Positions 63,839 to 64,000 of a stretch of 64,000 bases of DNA are shown here, in pieces (position 1 is the first letter of the stretch; each line of letters begins with the position of its first letter). The notes below the pieces were generated by a model. That model worked only from the letters and a program-made list of their open reading frames with translations. It had not been told where the DNA came from and made no database searches. Source of the stretch: the human T2T-CHM13v2.0 reference genome, Homo sapiens. The translations under genes were made by a program, and so were the position numbers. The DNA lies in the NCBI RefSeq assembly GCF_009914755.1, contig NC_060939.1. One strand, 5' to 3'.

Positions 63839-64000
63839 TGTAAAAAGTAGAATAGAGGTTCCTCTTCGAAGACTTTCCTCGCCATCTAATTAGAAATAAA
63901 TAGTAACTTCTCTTAGAAGCAAAATTTTTTCAAAGACCTGTGCTAACATTCTTAAATATCTGCTAGCCGTAATAAAGAAATGAATGTACTTTATGTTCTT
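63839..64000 (+). mobile_element. 5' part of an ERV LTR (LTR6-like), running off the window
   Basis: tgtaaaaagtagaatagaggttcctcttc...ctagccgtaataaagaaat; family assigned by recall. Confidence 0.65.

Overview
Repeat-dense primate DNA, almost certainly human because it carries an AluYb8-type insertion. I can support no intact protein-coding gene; the ORF track is Alu-, L1- or ERV-derived or chance. Repeat families were recognised from memory of consensus sequences and most boundaries are approximate. Main structures: (1) an ancient tandem array, visible because the same old repeat-to-repeat junctions recur four times, carrying very decayed olfactory-receptor-like relics (~10.8-11.8 kb and ~63.3-63.8 kb, minus strand) and a duplicated exon/promoter-like block (~13.3 and ~35.6 kb); (2) a younger direct duplication, 1-2664 vs 38625-41294; (3) a ~2.9 kb insert (22177-25102) flanked by a 13-bp direct repeat that splits an L1 and looks like a retroposed transcript; (4) a ~15 kb ERVL/MLT2 provirus (47.5-62.8 kb) with several nested insertions; (5) a CpG-island-like segment at ~15.6-16.0 kb next to an L2 relic. 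I cannot support a new functional system. The best leads are the decayed receptor array and the retroposed insert.
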